From: Parcubacteria group bacterium
GTDB taxonomy: Bacteria; Patescibacteriota; Minisyncoccia; Phycocordibacterales; UBA2135
Reading direction: 5' to 3'
DNA: 64,000 nucleotides
Assembly: GCA_016204045.1 (NCBI GenBank)
Contig: JACQLQ010000001.1
Coordinates: forward strand, 193,579-257,578
Part shown: positions 35,016 to 45,584 of the stretch, in pieces
Numbering within the stretch: the first letter of the stretch is position 1
Layout: each line of letters begins with the position of its first letter
Position numbers and translations under genes: made by a program
The notes under the pieces: model-generated
Told to the model about the DNA's origin: nothing
Databases searched by the model: none
What the model saw: the letters and a program-made list of their open reading frames with translations, nothing else

Positions 35016-35984
35016 ATGAGTATCGAAAGGCCACGACGTGGAGAAAAAGCGCCGAGTCAGGAAAAGCTTCCCGAAGCGAAGTTTGCTGTCGGCATAGATA
35101 AGGGAAAACTTCGCGCCACAGACATTGATGCCATCGTTGCTACGATGCACTTCCCGATGGGAGAAGAAGGTGAGCGCGAAGCGAAAACCCAGGAGTTGCG
35201 CAAGCTCGTAGAAACCTTTGCCCAACTACCTGAACATCTGGAGTTTAAACCGGGAACCACAATCATTGTCGGACCAAACGGGGCTGGCAAGACAACACTC
35301 GCGAAAGCTGTTCTCTACAGTATTATCATGGAGCAAAGGATTGCACAGGAACAAGATTCTGGCAGACCTTTTACGAGAGCTGACGCAGAGAAGGAGATTT
35401 TTGAGCCAAAGGGCATGGCATCTTTGTTTTTTGGGAATAGAGTAAAAAGTGACGGACCAATAGTTGGTCATATTGCCCAAGCGCTCCACACGGAGAAATA
35501 CAATAATATTTCGGACGGAACCCCACAGTATTGGGATCTTGCGCAAGAAGCGGGAGTGACAGCAATGCTACATAACCACAGGACCTCAAGTCTTCTCGAA
35601 GAGAGCGAGGGAGGCTATACCTCGAATTTCAAGGGAGAGATGAAACGTACAAGAGGTACCGGTTCGAAGGCAATACATGTAGCGAGGAACTCAAATCGTC
35701 AGACACTCGACAGAGGCATGATGCTTAAAATTCGTTACATGAAAGAACAAGCTGAAGGCAAGCCACAAGTAGGATTCTTTGATGAACCAGAAGCGGGCAT
35801 GGACCCGCGTCGCCACATGGGGCTGCTTGCAGAAGTCGATGACTTTTCAGGGCCAGAATCTATACGGATCGTCGTCACCAACTCCCCAGTGCTTTTTGCT
35901 GACCCAAACGTGGCAAGGATTGACCTCGCCTTTCCAGAGCGCGGCATTTTCTACCCAAGAGATTATCCTGAAGACAAGAACTAG
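35016..35984 (+). CDS. P-loop ATPase of the ABC/AAA_21-like class (standalone, no transmembrane partner)
   Basis: Walker A GPNGAGKTT. Walker B-like VGFFDEPEAGMD, with D-loop. No nuclease or TM domain. Confidence 0.6.
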   Translation: MSIERPRRGEKAPSQEKLPEAKFAVGIDKGKLRATDIDAIVATMHFPMGEEGEREAKTQELRKLVETFAQLPEHLEFKPGTTIIVGPNGAGKTTLAKAVLYSIIMEQRIAQEQDSGRPFTRADAEKEIFEPKGMASLFFGNRVKSDGPIVGHIAQALHTEKYNNISDGTPQYWDLAQEAGVTAMLHNHRTSSLLEESEGGYTSNFKGEMKRTRGTGSKAIHVARNSNRQTLDRGMMLKIRYMKEQAEGKPQVGFFDEPEAGMDPRRHMGLLAEVDDFSGPESIRIVVTNSPVLFADPNVARIDLAFPERGIFYPRDYPEDKN

Positions 35985-36640
35985 TGCGCCACGGTGTAGG
36001 CAAGAACTTTCTTCGCGCCTGCGGCACGAAGGGTTTTTGCCGCTTCCTCGAGTGTTGCGCCGGTGGTGTAGACATCGTCGAGCAGAATGACAGTCTTGCC
36101 CGCAACAATCTCCGGGTTTGAAACAAGAAAACAATCTTTGATATTTCGTAGACGCGCAGCGCGTTCTCGCAGCTTTGTCTGCGGGAGGGTAGCCCGCGTC
36201 TTTTTCAATACCTTCGGGATATAGACGAACGAAACGCCACGGTCGAGGGCAGAGAGTTCGAGAGCAAGCATCTCTGTTTGGTTAAACCCACGCATGCGTT
36301 CGCGCCAGAAGGCGAGTGGTAATGGAACAAGGAGGGGCGATTCACTCCCCGTAAACAACAACTCGTCACCAATGTCTTCAAGGAGGCGGTCATACAGTGC
36401 TTGTGCAAAGATTTTTAAAATAGTGCGTCTACCCCTATATTTCCAGAGCCATATACCGCGCCGCACGGTTGGGTCGCGGTAATCAAAGATGGCTTCGATG
36501 TGGAGGCCGCTTTGCCGCCGGCTCCACGTTTGCGGGGCCGGCGGCAGTTCTTGCAAGCACCCTTCACAGAACACGGCGCCTTCTTCGTTGCACCGAATGC
36601 ATTTTTGAGGGAAAAGGAGGTCGAAGAGATAGGAAAACAT
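35981..36640 (-). CDS. comF: ComF/GntX-family phosphoribosyltransferase-domain competence protein
   Basis: N-terminal CxxC...CxxC zinc finger (CIRCNEEGAVFCEGC). PRTase motif LLDDVYTTGATL. Confidence 0.8.
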   Translation of the reverse strand: MFSYLFDLLFPQKCIRCNEEGAVFCEGCLQELPPAPQTWSRRQSGLHIEAIFDYRDPTVRRGIWLWKYRGRRTILKIFAQALYDRLLEDIGDELLFTGSESPLLVPLPLAFWRERMRGFNQTEMLALELSALDRGVSFVYIPKVLKKTRATLPQTKLRERAARLRNIKDCFLVSNPEIVAGKTVILLDDVYTTGATLEEAAKTLRAAGAKKVLAYTVAH

Positions 36641-36831
36641 AGCGTATGTTGCCTGCACCGTTAGAAGTTTCCAAAGAGGATGCTCTGTGCGGTGCCTGCA
36701 ACGTACGAAGCAGGAAAACCGTGTTTTCCGCAGCTTCGTACGTTGTGGATAAGTATCCCACGCCTTAATACATAAGGCAAAACGGGTGTGATACAATAAG
36801 AGGGAAGTAATAATGTTGGGTAACATGGCGC

Positions 36832-38004
36832 TTGACTATGGCAGAGTCTCTTCCTTTCGGCACATCAAACACGCTTGGACGTGCGAGGGGTTTCGTACTT
36901 GATTTTATTGATGACCTCTTAAAGAGGAAAGACAAAAGCGTGGTTGGTGTCGACATCGGCTCTTCGTCAATTAAAGTCGTCCAGCTAAAGAAAAGGGGCG
37001 GCAAGGCCGTTCTCGAGACCTATGGTGAACTGTCCCTCGGACCTTACGCGAATCTTGAGGTTGGGCAAGCGACAAAGCTCCCACAGGAGAAGGTGAGCGA
37101 GGCTCTTATCGACCTCATGCGCGAAGCAAATGTCGATGCCGTCGCCGGAGGCCTCGCTATACCGCTTTCGCAGAGTCTACTTTCTATCATCGAAATTCCG
37201 CTCGTTTCAGAACGGAAGATTGCTGACATGGTCCCACTTGAGGCACGCCGCTATATTCCTGTACCCATTTCTGAAGTCACGCTTGACTGGAGGATTGTAC
37301 CAGAGCTCGACAGCACGTCGAGGGTGGCGGAGGGCGAAGGGGACAAGGCGGCTCTTAAGAAAGTGAAAGTGCAGATTGCCGCCATTCACAATGAAGTCAT
37401 CAGCCGCTATTCGAACATTGCAGCGACCAGCGGACTCGCGATTGATTTTCTGGAAATCGAAGCATTCAGTCTGATACGCGCGCTTGATATTCGAGCGCGA
37501 GAGGCCGTCCTCATCATTGACATTGGCGCCGGCTCGACAAAGGTGGTCATCGCGGAAGGGGAGTTGCCGTTTCGATCGCACATCATTAATCGCGGCGCGC
37601 AAGATATTACACAAGCACTTTCAAAATCCCTTGGCGTCTCGGTCCTTAAGGCCGAGGAGATGAAACGCACGGTCGGGCTTACGGATGGTGTAGAGAATCA
37701 GAATACTCGCGACGTGATACGGCTTATCATGCAAGGTATCTTCTCTGAAGCGAATCGGATTCTCCTCGACTATGAGCGTTCATATAGTGTCGCCGTTAGC
37801 AAGGTTATCTTGTCCGGAGGAGGAGCACTTCTCCGTGGCACGCTCGAACTCGCAAAAGAGAATTTCGAAGTCGAGGTTGCTTTGGCGCATCCATTTGCAA
37901 ACATCAACATCCCAGCATTTATGGAGGGGACACTCAAAGAAGCAGGTCCAAGCTTTTCTGTTGCACTTGGCATTGCGATGAGAAAGCTTCAAGAAATCGA
38001 ATAA
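36832..38004 (+). CDS. pilM: type IV pilus assembly protein PilM
   Basis: Actin-like ATPase N-terminus VVGVDIGSSSIKVVQL. Confidence 0.85.
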   Translation: MTMAESLPFGTSNTLGRARGFVLDFIDDLLKRKDKSVVGVDIGSSSIKVVQLKKRGGKAVLETYGELSLGPYANLEVGQATKLPQEKVSEALIDLMREANVDAVAGGLAIPLSQSLLSIIEIPLVSERKIADMVPLEARRYIPVPISEVTLDWRIVPELDSTSRVAEGEGDKAALKKVKVQIAAIHNEVISRYSNIAATSGLAIDFLEIEAFSLIRALDIRAREAVLIIDIGAGSTKVVIAEGELPFRSHIINRGAQDITQALSKSLGVSVLKAEEMKRTVGLTDGVENQNTRDVIRLIMQGIFSEANRILLDYERSYSVAVSKVILSGGGALLRGTLELAKENFEVEVALAHPFANINIPAFMEGTLKEAGPSFSVALGIAMRKLQEIE

Positions 38005-38007
38005 ATT

Positions 38008-38604
38008 ATGGTAGACGTAAAAACAGCTTTTATACCAAAAAAGACGCTTCCCACAATCGGCACTCGCCGAAGCGAGCCGGTTGGCTTGTTCATGGTCGGC
38101 GGTCTTGTCATCTTCTTCTCCTCACTTCTCATTGCCGGAGGGCTGTATTTCTATCGCGCGCTCCTCACCACTCAAATTGAGGATATGAGCGAAGACGTGG
38201 TGATCGCAAAAGAAGAAATCCAGCCCAAGCTCATCGAAAGCATCACGCGTTTCGATAAGCGTGTCACCATCGCTGAAACATTGATAGGGAAGCACCTTGT
38301 CGCAACCCCCCTCTTCTTCCTTTTGGAGGACGCAACGCTTCCCACGGTTAGGTACGATCGTTTCTCTGCAAATGTTGATGACGACGGCAGCATTCTTCTC
38401 ACCCTCACGGGCGAGGCGCGCACGTACAAGGATCTTGCGGTACAAGCAGACATCTTTGGTCGCGACGAAAACATTACCGAACCCATTTTTTCGGGGCTCC
38501 GTCTCAACAATACAGGAAATGTGGCATTTCAGTTCACAGGGAGACTGAAGCCGGCATTCTTGCTTCTCGAAAGCAACCTAACTCCAACTCCCGCAACCCC
38601 CTAG
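38008..38604 (+). CDS. pilN: PilN-like pilus assembly protein
   Basis: N-terminal TM helix followed by a periplasmic coiled region. Position after pilM. Confidence 0.6.
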   Translation: MVDVKTAFIPKKTLPTIGTRRSEPVGLFMVGGLVIFFSSLLIAGGLYFYRALLTTQIEDMSEDVVIAKEEIQPKLIESITRFDKRVTIAETLIGKHLVATPLFFLLEDATLPTVRYDRFSANVDDDGSILLTLTGEARTYKDLAVQADIFGRDENITEPIFSGLRLNNTGNVAFQFTGRLKPAFLLLESNLTPTPATP

Positions 38605-38620
38605 TTGTTAAACAAACTAC

Positions 38621-39160
38621 ATGGCACGCTATTTTTTCCCCATCATTCTCGTCTTAATCGCTGTCGGCGTTTATCTCGCCGCCATTGATCCTATGTATAC
38701 TGATATCAAGGACCTTTCCGAAAAACGACGCCTCCTGAGTGGGGCACTGGCAAACTCTCGGCAGATTGCCGAGAGACGTGACGAGCTTCTCGGAGCGTTT
38801 AATAGTGTTGCGTCGGCAGCCATCGAACGCCTTCGTAGAGTTTTGCCCGACAACGTAGATAACGTTCGGCTCATTCTCGAGATAGACAGCATCGCCGCGC
38901 GATACGGCATGGCGCTCCAAGATGTTGTTATTGATACAGACACACGAGCGCTTGAGGGGGCGCTTGGGCCCGACATGCATCCCTACGGGACGCTCGGTCT
39001 CCACTTCACGGTTACGGGTTCCTATGCCGCGTACATGCAATTCCTCGCGGATTTGGAGCGAAGTTTGCGCTTGGTAGATATCACGGAGCTTTCATTTGTC
39101 GCAGGGAGTACCGACTTCCACCAATATGAGGTCGGAGTTAAGACGTATTGGCTTAAATAA
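38621..39160 (+). CDS. pilO: PilO-like pilus assembly protein
   Basis: TM helix plus coiled-coil. Position in the pilMNO operon. Confidence 0.6.
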   Translation: MARYFFPIILVLIAVGVYLAAIDPMYTDIKDLSEKRRLLSGALANSRQIAERRDELLGAFNSVASAAIERLRRVLPDNVDNVRLILEIDSIAARYGMALQDVVIDTDTRALEGALGPDMHPYGTLGLHFTVTGSYAAYMQFLADLERSLRLVDITELSFVAGSTDFHQYEVGVKTYWLK

Positions 39161-39161
39161 T

Positions 39162-39461
39162 ATGTCAAAAACAGTCATCAACATTGTCCTCATTGTACTT
39201 GTCGCGACGGGGCTTTTCTTTGGTTACAACTTTTTCTTTGGCGGCGAGAGTGAAGGCGCACTCCTGACGACGGTTGGGCAAGCCTCGACCGAACAAAACG
39301 CCGCCGGCGAGCTCCTCGCCATATTAAAGACGCTTGAGCAGCTCACACTTGATGCGAGTTTTCTCGAGACAAGTGTTTTTAAAGCACTCCGCGATTTTAG
39401 CGTTGCTTTGCCCGAAAGTGTGCCGGGCCGGAGGAATCCGTTTGCTCCGCTAGGGCAATAG
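39162..39461 (+). CDS. small TM protein, PilP-like by position
   Basis: One TM helix. Sits between pilO and pilB. Confidence 0.45.
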   Translation: MSKTVINIVLIVLVATGLFFGYNFFFGGESEGALLTTVGQASTEQNAAGELLAILKTLEQLTLDASFLETSVFKALRDFSVALPESVPGRRNPFAPLGQ

Positions 39462-39545
39462 GTATAGGCGGGCGACCAGAAGTTATTTGACCAGACACAT
39501 AACCCCAAGGATGTATGTGTTCGGTGCTTCGAATTTTAAATCACC

Positions 39546-41255
39546 ATGCCATTTTTAGACTATCTCTTACAGAAAGGCGTCATAAAGGCGAAAGAAGTTG
39601 AAACCGTACGCAATGAAGCTGGCGAAAACAACGAGGCGCCAGAGAGTGTTTTGATGCGACGCGGCATGGGGAGGGATGAACTCCTGAAACTCAAGTCAGA
39701 ATACTTTAGCGTGCCCTACAAGTCGGTTGACCCAAGCAAAGTGCCGCTCGATGTCATGAAGCTTATCCCCGAAGAGTCTGCGAAGCATTACAAGTTTGTA
39801 CCGGTCGGAGTTGAAGAAGGGGTGCTACAAGTTGGAATGGTGGAGCCGGACAACATCGACGCCAAGGATGCGTTGCAGTTTATTTCTGCAAAAGTGGAGA
39901 TGCCGTACAAGCTTTTCTTGATTGGTGAGGACGATTTTAACGCAGTCTTCGAGAACTATCAGAGCTTATCGGGCGAGGTTACCAAGGCACTCTCGCAGTT
40001 GGAGACAGACGAGCCCGTGCTGGGAAGTGTCGCAAAAGAAGAGCCTGAAAAAGCGAAACCAGGAGTCACCATCGTAGAGGAAGCGCCAATCTCGAAGATC
40101 GTTGCGGTTATTTTGAAACACGCCGTCGAAGGCGGTGCTTCTGACATTCATATCGAACCTACCGAAGAAAAAGTGCAGGTGCGCTTTCGTGTCGGCGGAC
40201 TCCTCCAGACAAGCCTCCTCCTTCCTCGAGATGTGCTTCCGGCTGTTGTTGCCCGAATAAAAGTGTTGGCAGGGCTACGCCTCGATGAAAAAAGGAAGCC
40301 TCAAGACGGTAGTTTTGGCGCACGCATCGAAAAGAGAAAAATCGACTTCCGTGTTTCGACACTACCCACATACTATGGAGAAAAGGTAGTGATGCGTATT
40401 CTCGACCCAGGCATGGGTATTAAGAAACTTGAGGAAACTGGGCTCACTAAGGAGGGGATGGACATGATAAGAGCTGCGCTCCACCTACCTTTCGGACTCA
40501 TTTTGCTTACTGGTCCCACCGGCTCTGGAAAGACGACCACACTCTACGCCATGTTGAACGAGCTCAATCGCGAGGTAGACAACGTCGTTTCACTCGAAGA
40601 CCCAGTTGAGTACTTGATTAAGGGGGTTTCGCAGTCACAGGTGCGCCCGGAAATCGGTTACACGTTTGCAACCGGACTCCGATCTATCTTCCGCCAAGAC
40701 CCAGACATTATTTTGGTTGGTGAGATCCGTGACAAGGAAACAGCAACGCTCGCTATTCAGGCCGCACTCACGGGACACCTCGTCTTGTCGACAATACACA
40801 CAAACAATGCCGCCGGCGTGGTGCCCCGTCTCGTTGACATGGGGATAGACCCGTATCTCATCGCGCCCACATTGGTGCTTGCCGTTGCACAGCGACTGGT
40901 CCCTATACTTTGTGATGAAAAAAAAGCTATTCCCATTGAGGGCGCAATGAAAGAAATGATTGATCGGCAGTTTGCAGAGATTCCCGCAGAGTTTCGCAAG
41001 AATCTTCCGCATGGGACCCAAGTGTATGAGGCGGCGCCATCTTCTACGTGTCCGACGGGTACACGAGGGCGAGTGGGTGTCTATGAAATGTTTACCATCA
41101 ACAAGGAAATGGAGCGCGTGATTCTCGAGAACCCTGTTGAAGAGGCGATTTTGAAAGTCGCGCGAAATAAGGGAATGCTTACCATGAAAGACGATGCGAT
41201 GATTAAGGCCATTCAAGGTAAGATTTCGTTCCTCGAAGTGAATCGATTTGAGTAG
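39546..41255 (+). CDS. pilB: type IV pilus assembly ATPase PilB (GspE family)
   Basis: GSPII_E N-terminal domain. Walker A LLTGPTGSGKTTTL. Asp and His boxes. Tetracysteine CxxC...CPTG zinc motif. Confidence 0.9.
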   Translation: MPFLDYLLQKGVIKAKEVETVRNEAGENNEAPESVLMRRGMGRDELLKLKSEYFSVPYKSVDPSKVPLDVMKLIPEESAKHYKFVPVGVEEGVLQVGMVEPDNIDAKDALQFISAKVEMPYKLFLIGEDDFNAVFENYQSLSGEVTKALSQLETDEPVLGSVAKEEPEKAKPGVTIVEEAPISKIVAVILKHAVEGGASDIHIEPTEEKVQVRFRVGGLLQTSLLLPRDVLPAVVARIKVLAGLRLDEKRKPQDGSFGARIEKRKIDFRVSTLPTYYGEKVVMRILDPGMGIKKLEETGLTKEGMDMIRAALHLPFGLILLTGPTGSGKTTTLYAMLNELNREVDNVVSLEDPVEYLIKGVSQSQVRPEIGYTFATGLRSIFRQDPDIILVGEIRDKETATLAIQAALTGHLVLSTIHTNNAAGVVPRLVDMGIDPYLIAPTLVLAVAQRLVPILCDEKKAIPIEGAMKEMIDRQFAEIPAEFRKNLPHGTQVYEAAPSSTCPTGTRGRVGVYEMFTINKEMERVILENPVEEAILKVARNKGMLTMKDDAMIKAIQGKISFLEVNRFE

Positions 41256-41273
41256 TGTAGTATACTTGTATGT

Positions 41274-41393
41274 ATGGACAAGACAGTTCTCATTGTTGAC
41301 GACGACCCCGGTACCACGACGCCTCTGGTGTCGGCTACGGGGCGGGATGAAGTATCTCTAACCATGCACGCAGTATATGACCTCCGAAGCTAA
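41274..41393 (+). pseudogene. 5' fragment of a response-regulator gene (MDKTVLIVDDDPG...*), a partial duplicate of the start of the next gene
   Basis: ctcattgttgacgacgac duplicates ttatagtagacgacgat of the downstream gene. Ends in a stop after 39 codons. Confidence 0.4.
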
Positions 41394-41772
41394 TTCCAAC
41401 GTCCTTATAGTAGACGACGATAAATTTCTGCTCGACATGTATTCCCTCAAGTTTAAGGAAGCAGCGTTCCGGGTTGAGACGGCTGATTCGAGCGAGGCTG
41501 CGTATGAAGCCGTCAAAAAGGGAGGGCAAGACGTGGTCCTCTTGGACATCCTCATGCCTTCTATGGATGGGTTTGAACTCCTGAAACGTATTAAGGGCGA
41601 AGGATTAGGACAAACCACGAAGTTCATTGTACTTTCGAATCTTGGCGAACCGTCTGATATAGAAAAAGCGAGGGAGCTTGGCGCCGACGGCTATATTGTT
41701 AAAGCGACAGCAACGCCAACTGAAGTTGTCGAAGTGGTTCGCAAAGTGTTGCTGTCAGAAAACAAGAAATAA
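41377..41772 (+). CDS. CheY-like response regulator (PilH-like) embedded in the pilus operon
   Basis: The sequence reads VLIVDDD, followed by VVLLDILMPSMDGFELLKRIK, followed by KFIVLSNLG, followed by YIVKA. Confidence 0.85.
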   Translation: MTSEANSNVLIVDDDKFLLDMYSLKFKEAAFRVETADSSEAAYEAVKKGGQDVVLLDILMPSMDGFELLKRIKGEGLGQTTKFIVLSNLGEPSDIEKARELGADGYIVKATATPTEVVEVVRKVLLSENKK

Positions 41773-41779
41773 AATTTTT

Positions 41780-42859
41780 ATGGATAACGCGCACGTGACA
41801 ATCGAAAGGCTTGCCGACACTGTCTCCAAAGAGGGTGGTTCCGACCTGCACCTTCATGATGGTGGGCATCCCATTATTCGTGTTGCTGGTTCGCTCATTC
41901 CGCTAGTTAAGGAGCCGGTGCTTTCTGTGACGGACATGCAGGGCATCGCAGAGTACCTTTTGGGCAAGGAACGGTACGAACGCTTTCTTCTCGAGCGCGA
42001 AATCGACTTTTCCTATACTACGACCAAGGATGGAGGTGGAGAAAAGGCTCGTTTTCGTGGTAATGCCTATTTTGAGCGGGGGAGTATCTCCATCGCTCTT
42101 CGGCTTATTCCCGCGAAGATACAGACACTCGATGAATTGAACCTACCGAAGACACTTGAGATATTCGCGCGTCGAGAGCAAGGGTTTTTCTTGGTTGTCG
42201 GTCCTGTGGGTCACGGCAAGTCAACAACACTTGCCTCACTTGTCGATACCGTGAACCGCGAACGCGCAGCGCACATCTTGACCATCGAGGATCCGATTGA
42301 GTTCACCTACACTCCAGCGCAGTCCTTGATTGATCAGCGAGAGGTTGGTATAGATACGGCCGATTTTGCTACGGCGCTTCGGGCGATGTTTCGTCAAGAC
42401 ATTGACGTCGTCATGATTGGAGAAATGCGCGGACCGGCGACTATTTCTGCCGCGGTTACAGCCGCAGAGACAGGGCATCTTGTTTACTCAACACTTCACA
42501 CCAACAACGCGGCACAGACAGTAGACCGTATTATCGACTCTTTCCCCGGAGAACAGCAAAACCAGATCAAAAGCCAGCTAGCGCAAAGCTTGGCGGGTAT
42601 TTTCTCGCAACGCCTGATCCCACGCATTTCAGGCGGACTCATCCCAGCGTATGAGCTTCTCATCAATAACAGCGCGGTCTCAAACCTTATCCGTGAAGGC
42701 CGTGTATATGAACTCAATGTCGTTATAGAGACGGGCGCCGGAGAAGGTATGATTGATATGAATCGCACACTAGCCGAACTCGTACGCCGTGGTGAAATTA
42801 CTGTAGAAAATGCGCAACTGTACTCGCCCAACCCGCAAGGGTTAGGCAGGCTAGTGTAA
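41780..42859 (+). CDS. pilT: twitching-motility (retraction) ATPase PilT
   Basis: Walker A VVGPVGHGKSTTL, Asp/His boxes, and the PilT-specific C-terminal region. Confidence 0.9.
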   Translation: MDNAHVTIERLADTVSKEGGSDLHLHDGGHPIIRVAGSLIPLVKEPVLSVTDMQGIAEYLLGKERYERFLLEREIDFSYTTTKDGGGEKARFRGNAYFERGSISIALRLIPAKIQTLDELNLPKTLEIFARREQGFFLVVGPVGHGKSTTLASLVDTVNRERAAHILTIEDPIEFTYTPAQSLIDQREVGIDTADFATALRAMFRQDIDVVMIGEMRGPATISAAVTAAETGHLVYSTLHTNNAAQTVDRIIDSFPGEQQNQIKSQLAQSLAGIFSQRLIPRISGGLIPAYELLINNSAVSNLIREGRVYELNVVIETGAGEGMIDMNRTLAELVRRGEITVENAQLYSPNPQGLGRLV

Positions 42860-42863
42860 TCCT

Positions 42864-44069
42864 ATGCTTTTCGAATACAAGGCACTAACTAAAGAAGGCG
42901 AGGAGAGGGGCGGATCGATTGAAGCCCTGAACCGAGATGTCGCCATTCGCTCGCTACAGGAGCGAGGGCTTACTATTGTTTCTATTTCAGGAGGAGACAA
43001 ACAACCCTTTTGGCAAATACGCCTTACGTGGTTTGATCGCGTACCCAACCGAGACGTAGTCATTCTCTCTCGCCAGATCGCCACACTTTTTCTTGCCGAA
43101 GTGTCTGCGCTTCGGGTGTTTCGCCTTCTTGCCGACGAATCAGAAAACGTACTCTTGCGAAGCATTCTTTCTGATGTTGCCCAAGAAATTCAAGGAGGTT
43201 CTGCCATATCCGATGCTATGGCAAAGCACCCGAGTGTCTTCTCGCATTTCTATGTGAACATGGTTCGCGCGGGTGAGGAGGCGGGGAAATTGAACGAAAC
43301 ATTTGCCTATTTGGCAGATTACCTTGACCGTTCCTACGCGCTCACCATAAAGACGAGGAATGCCCTTATCTATCCCGCCTTCGTACTCACAGTTTTTCTT
43401 GTCGTCATTGTGCTCCTCCTGACGTTGGTGTTCCCACGCCTCACCTCGATTTTGACCGAGGCAGGACAAGATATTCCTATTTACACGCAAATCGTTATCT
43501 CAATCAGCAATTTTCTCGTGAACTACGGCATCTTCCTCCTCGTTCTTTTGGCGGCAGGAGGCATCTGGGCATGGAAGTTTGGTGGGACCGAGCGGGGTAA
43601 GATGTATTTCAGTCGCCTTATTATCACGGTGCCTGTTTTGGGCGGCCTCACGCGAAAGCTTTATCTTTCGCGCATAGCTGACAACATGTACACCATGCTT
43701 ACAAGCGGCATATCGATTGTCCGCGCGCTCGAGGTAACTTCGTCCGTGGTGGGGAACGCGGTCTATCGCGAGCTTCTTATTGAGGCCGCAGAAGGAGTCA
43801 AGACAGGGCGCTCGATTTCCGAAATGTTTACGGGACACAGGGAAATCCCGAATATCATGGTTCAGATTTTGAAAGTCGGAGAAGAAACGGGAGAGCTGGG
43901 TAATATTTTGAAAACCCTGTCTGGCTTTTACCAACGAGAAGTAAACGATTCGATCGACACCTTCATCGGGCTTATAGAGCCGGCATTAATCGTGGGACTT
44001 GCCGCCTGTGCGGGGCTTCTCCTCTCATCCGTCCTTTTGCCGATTTACAATCTCTCTTCAGGAATATAA
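42864..44069 (+). CDS. pilC: type IV pilus inner-membrane platform protein PilC (GspF family)
   Basis: Two T2SSF repeats and 3 TM helices. Confidence 0.85.
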   Translation: MLFEYKALTKEGEERGGSIEALNRDVAIRSLQERGLTIVSISGGDKQPFWQIRLTWFDRVPNRDVVILSRQIATLFLAEVSALRVFRLLADESENVLLRSILSDVAQEIQGGSAISDAMAKHPSVFSHFYVNMVRAGEEAGKLNETFAYLADYLDRSYALTIKTRNALIYPAFVLTVFLVVIVLLLTLVFPRLTSILTEAGQDIPIYTQIVISISNFLVNYGIFLLVLLAAGGIWAWKFGGTERGKMYFSRLIITVPVLGGLTRKLYLSRIADNMYTMLTSGISIVRALEVTSSVVGNAVYRELLIEAAEGVKTGRSISEMFTGHREIPNIMVQILKVGEETGELGNILKTLSGFYQREVNDSIDTFIGLIEPALIVGLAACAGLLLSSVLLPIYNLSSGI

Positions 44070-44203
44070 TCAAATGTTTTTCCACATTGCCTTTGCATTG
44101 AGAGGGCTCCTTGCTATACTATTACCTAGTGAAGGGATTCTATCTCTTTACCAGAAAACATGTTTTTTGGTCGAGAATGCAATTAATGGATAATTTTTAC
44201 ATT

Positions 44204-44674
44204 ATGTTTTACTCACAACGAAAACAAGGAGAAACTCGCGGTTTTACATTGATTGAACTTTTGGTCGTCATCTCGATTATTGGGCTTCTTTCGGCAGTTG
44301 TGTTGGCATCTTTGAACACAGCCCGTCAAAAGTCACGTGACGCAAAGCGCGTTGCTGACATCAAACAGCTTCAATTGGCGCTCGAGCTTTACTTTGATGA
44401 CGAGGGGAACTACCCGGCAAACATTACAGACGTTGGGAACTTGATAACCCCTGGTTATCTCCCAGCTCTTCCAAAGGATCCGACCGATGACGCTGTGTAT
44501 CCTTACACCCAACTTTCAAGTGGTGCTGACTACCACCTCGGGGCGAGCTTAGAGGACGACCAGCATGTAGCCCTTGATGCAGATGTCGACGCTGACAGCA
44601 CCAACGTTGACGGTGCAGACGCCGACGGCTGTGCGGATGAGGCAACTAGGTTTTGCTACGACGTAGCGCCGTAA
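44204..44674 (+). CDS. type IV major pilin (prepilin)
   Basis: Leader MFYSQRKQGETRG followed by FTLIELLVVISIIGLL (class III signal). C-terminal Cys pair. Confidence 0.85.
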   Translation: MFYSQRKQGETRGFTLIELLVVISIIGLLSAVVLASLNTARQKSRDAKRVADIKQLQLALELYFDDEGNYPANITDVGNLITPGYLPALPKDPTDDAVYPYTQLSSGADYHLGASLEDDQHVALDADVDADSTNVDGADADGCADEATRFCYDVAP

Positions 44675-44741
44675 CATTAGCAGTAGTTAGTTTGTACATA
44701 ACACACGCCCGCTTCAAGCGGGCGTGTGTTATTATAAAGGG

Positions 44742-45584
44742 ATGGATAGCATCGTATTTTTCTATTTTGTACTCGGCCTCTTCGTGGGCAGCTTTCTCAA
44801 TGTTGTCGTTCTGCGCCTCAACACAGGACGTGACATGGTGCACTCTCGGTCTAGCTGTTTTTCGTGCGGAAAAACACTTTCATGGTATGAGCTCATCCCG
44901 CTCGTCAGTTTCTTTGTACAGAACGGCCGCTGTCGGAGATGTAAAAGCAAAATATCATGGCAATACCCCATCGTAGAACTTACGAGTGGGTTCTTATTTG
45001 CATCTGTCGCGTGGCACGAGTTTGGGATTTGGAATGGCGATGTTTTAATAGGCCAGATTCTAGATTCTATATTCTACATACTTATTTTCTCTGTGCTTCT
45101 TGCCATTACCGTGTATGACGCCCGCCACAAAATCATCCCCAATATACTCGTCTATGTTTTCGATGCGCTCGCGTTCCTCACTGTTTTAGGCTTTGGAAAT
45201 TGGAGCTTGCTTGGAGATTCGTCATTAAAAATTGAAAATTTCATCACAGGACTTATCTTTTTTTCTTTTTTTGCGGGTATTTGGTTTTTATCGCAAGGGC
45301 GGTGGATGGGTTTTGGCGACGCAAAGCTGGCACTAGGACTGGGCTGGCTCCTCGGACCGTCACTCGGCATTGCGGGGCTGGTCCTTTCCTTTTGGATAGG
45401 TGCCCTCTTCGGGCTTGCCGCGCTCTCAATCAGACGTTTGTTTTCGAGATGGGGGCGAGATACAATATCATTACAAAGTGAAATTCCGTTTGCGCCATTC
45501 CTCGTCGTTGGCGCCTTCCTCGCATTCTTGTTTGATATCGGCTTCTTTGATCTCCAGAATCTCTTTGTCCTGTATGTTTTTTAG
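44742..45584 (+). CDS. pilD: prepilin peptidase PilD (A24 family)
   Basis: N-terminal CxxC...CxxC zinc finger (CFSCGK...CRRCKS). Polytopic membrane core with catalytic Asp regions. Confidence 0.85.
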   Translation: MDSIVFFYFVLGLFVGSFLNVVVLRLNTGRDMVHSRSSCFSCGKTLSWYELIPLVSFFVQNGRCRRCKSKISWQYPIVELTSGFLFASVAWHEFGIWNGDVLIGQILDSIFYILIFSVLLAITVYDARHKIIPNILVYVFDALAFLTVLGFGNWSLLGDSSLKIENFITGLIFFSFFAGIWFLSQGRWMGFGDAKLALGLGWLLGPSLGIAGLVLSFWIGALFGLAALSIRRLFSRWGRDTISLQSEIPFAPFLVVGAFLAFLFDIGFFDLQNLFVLYVF

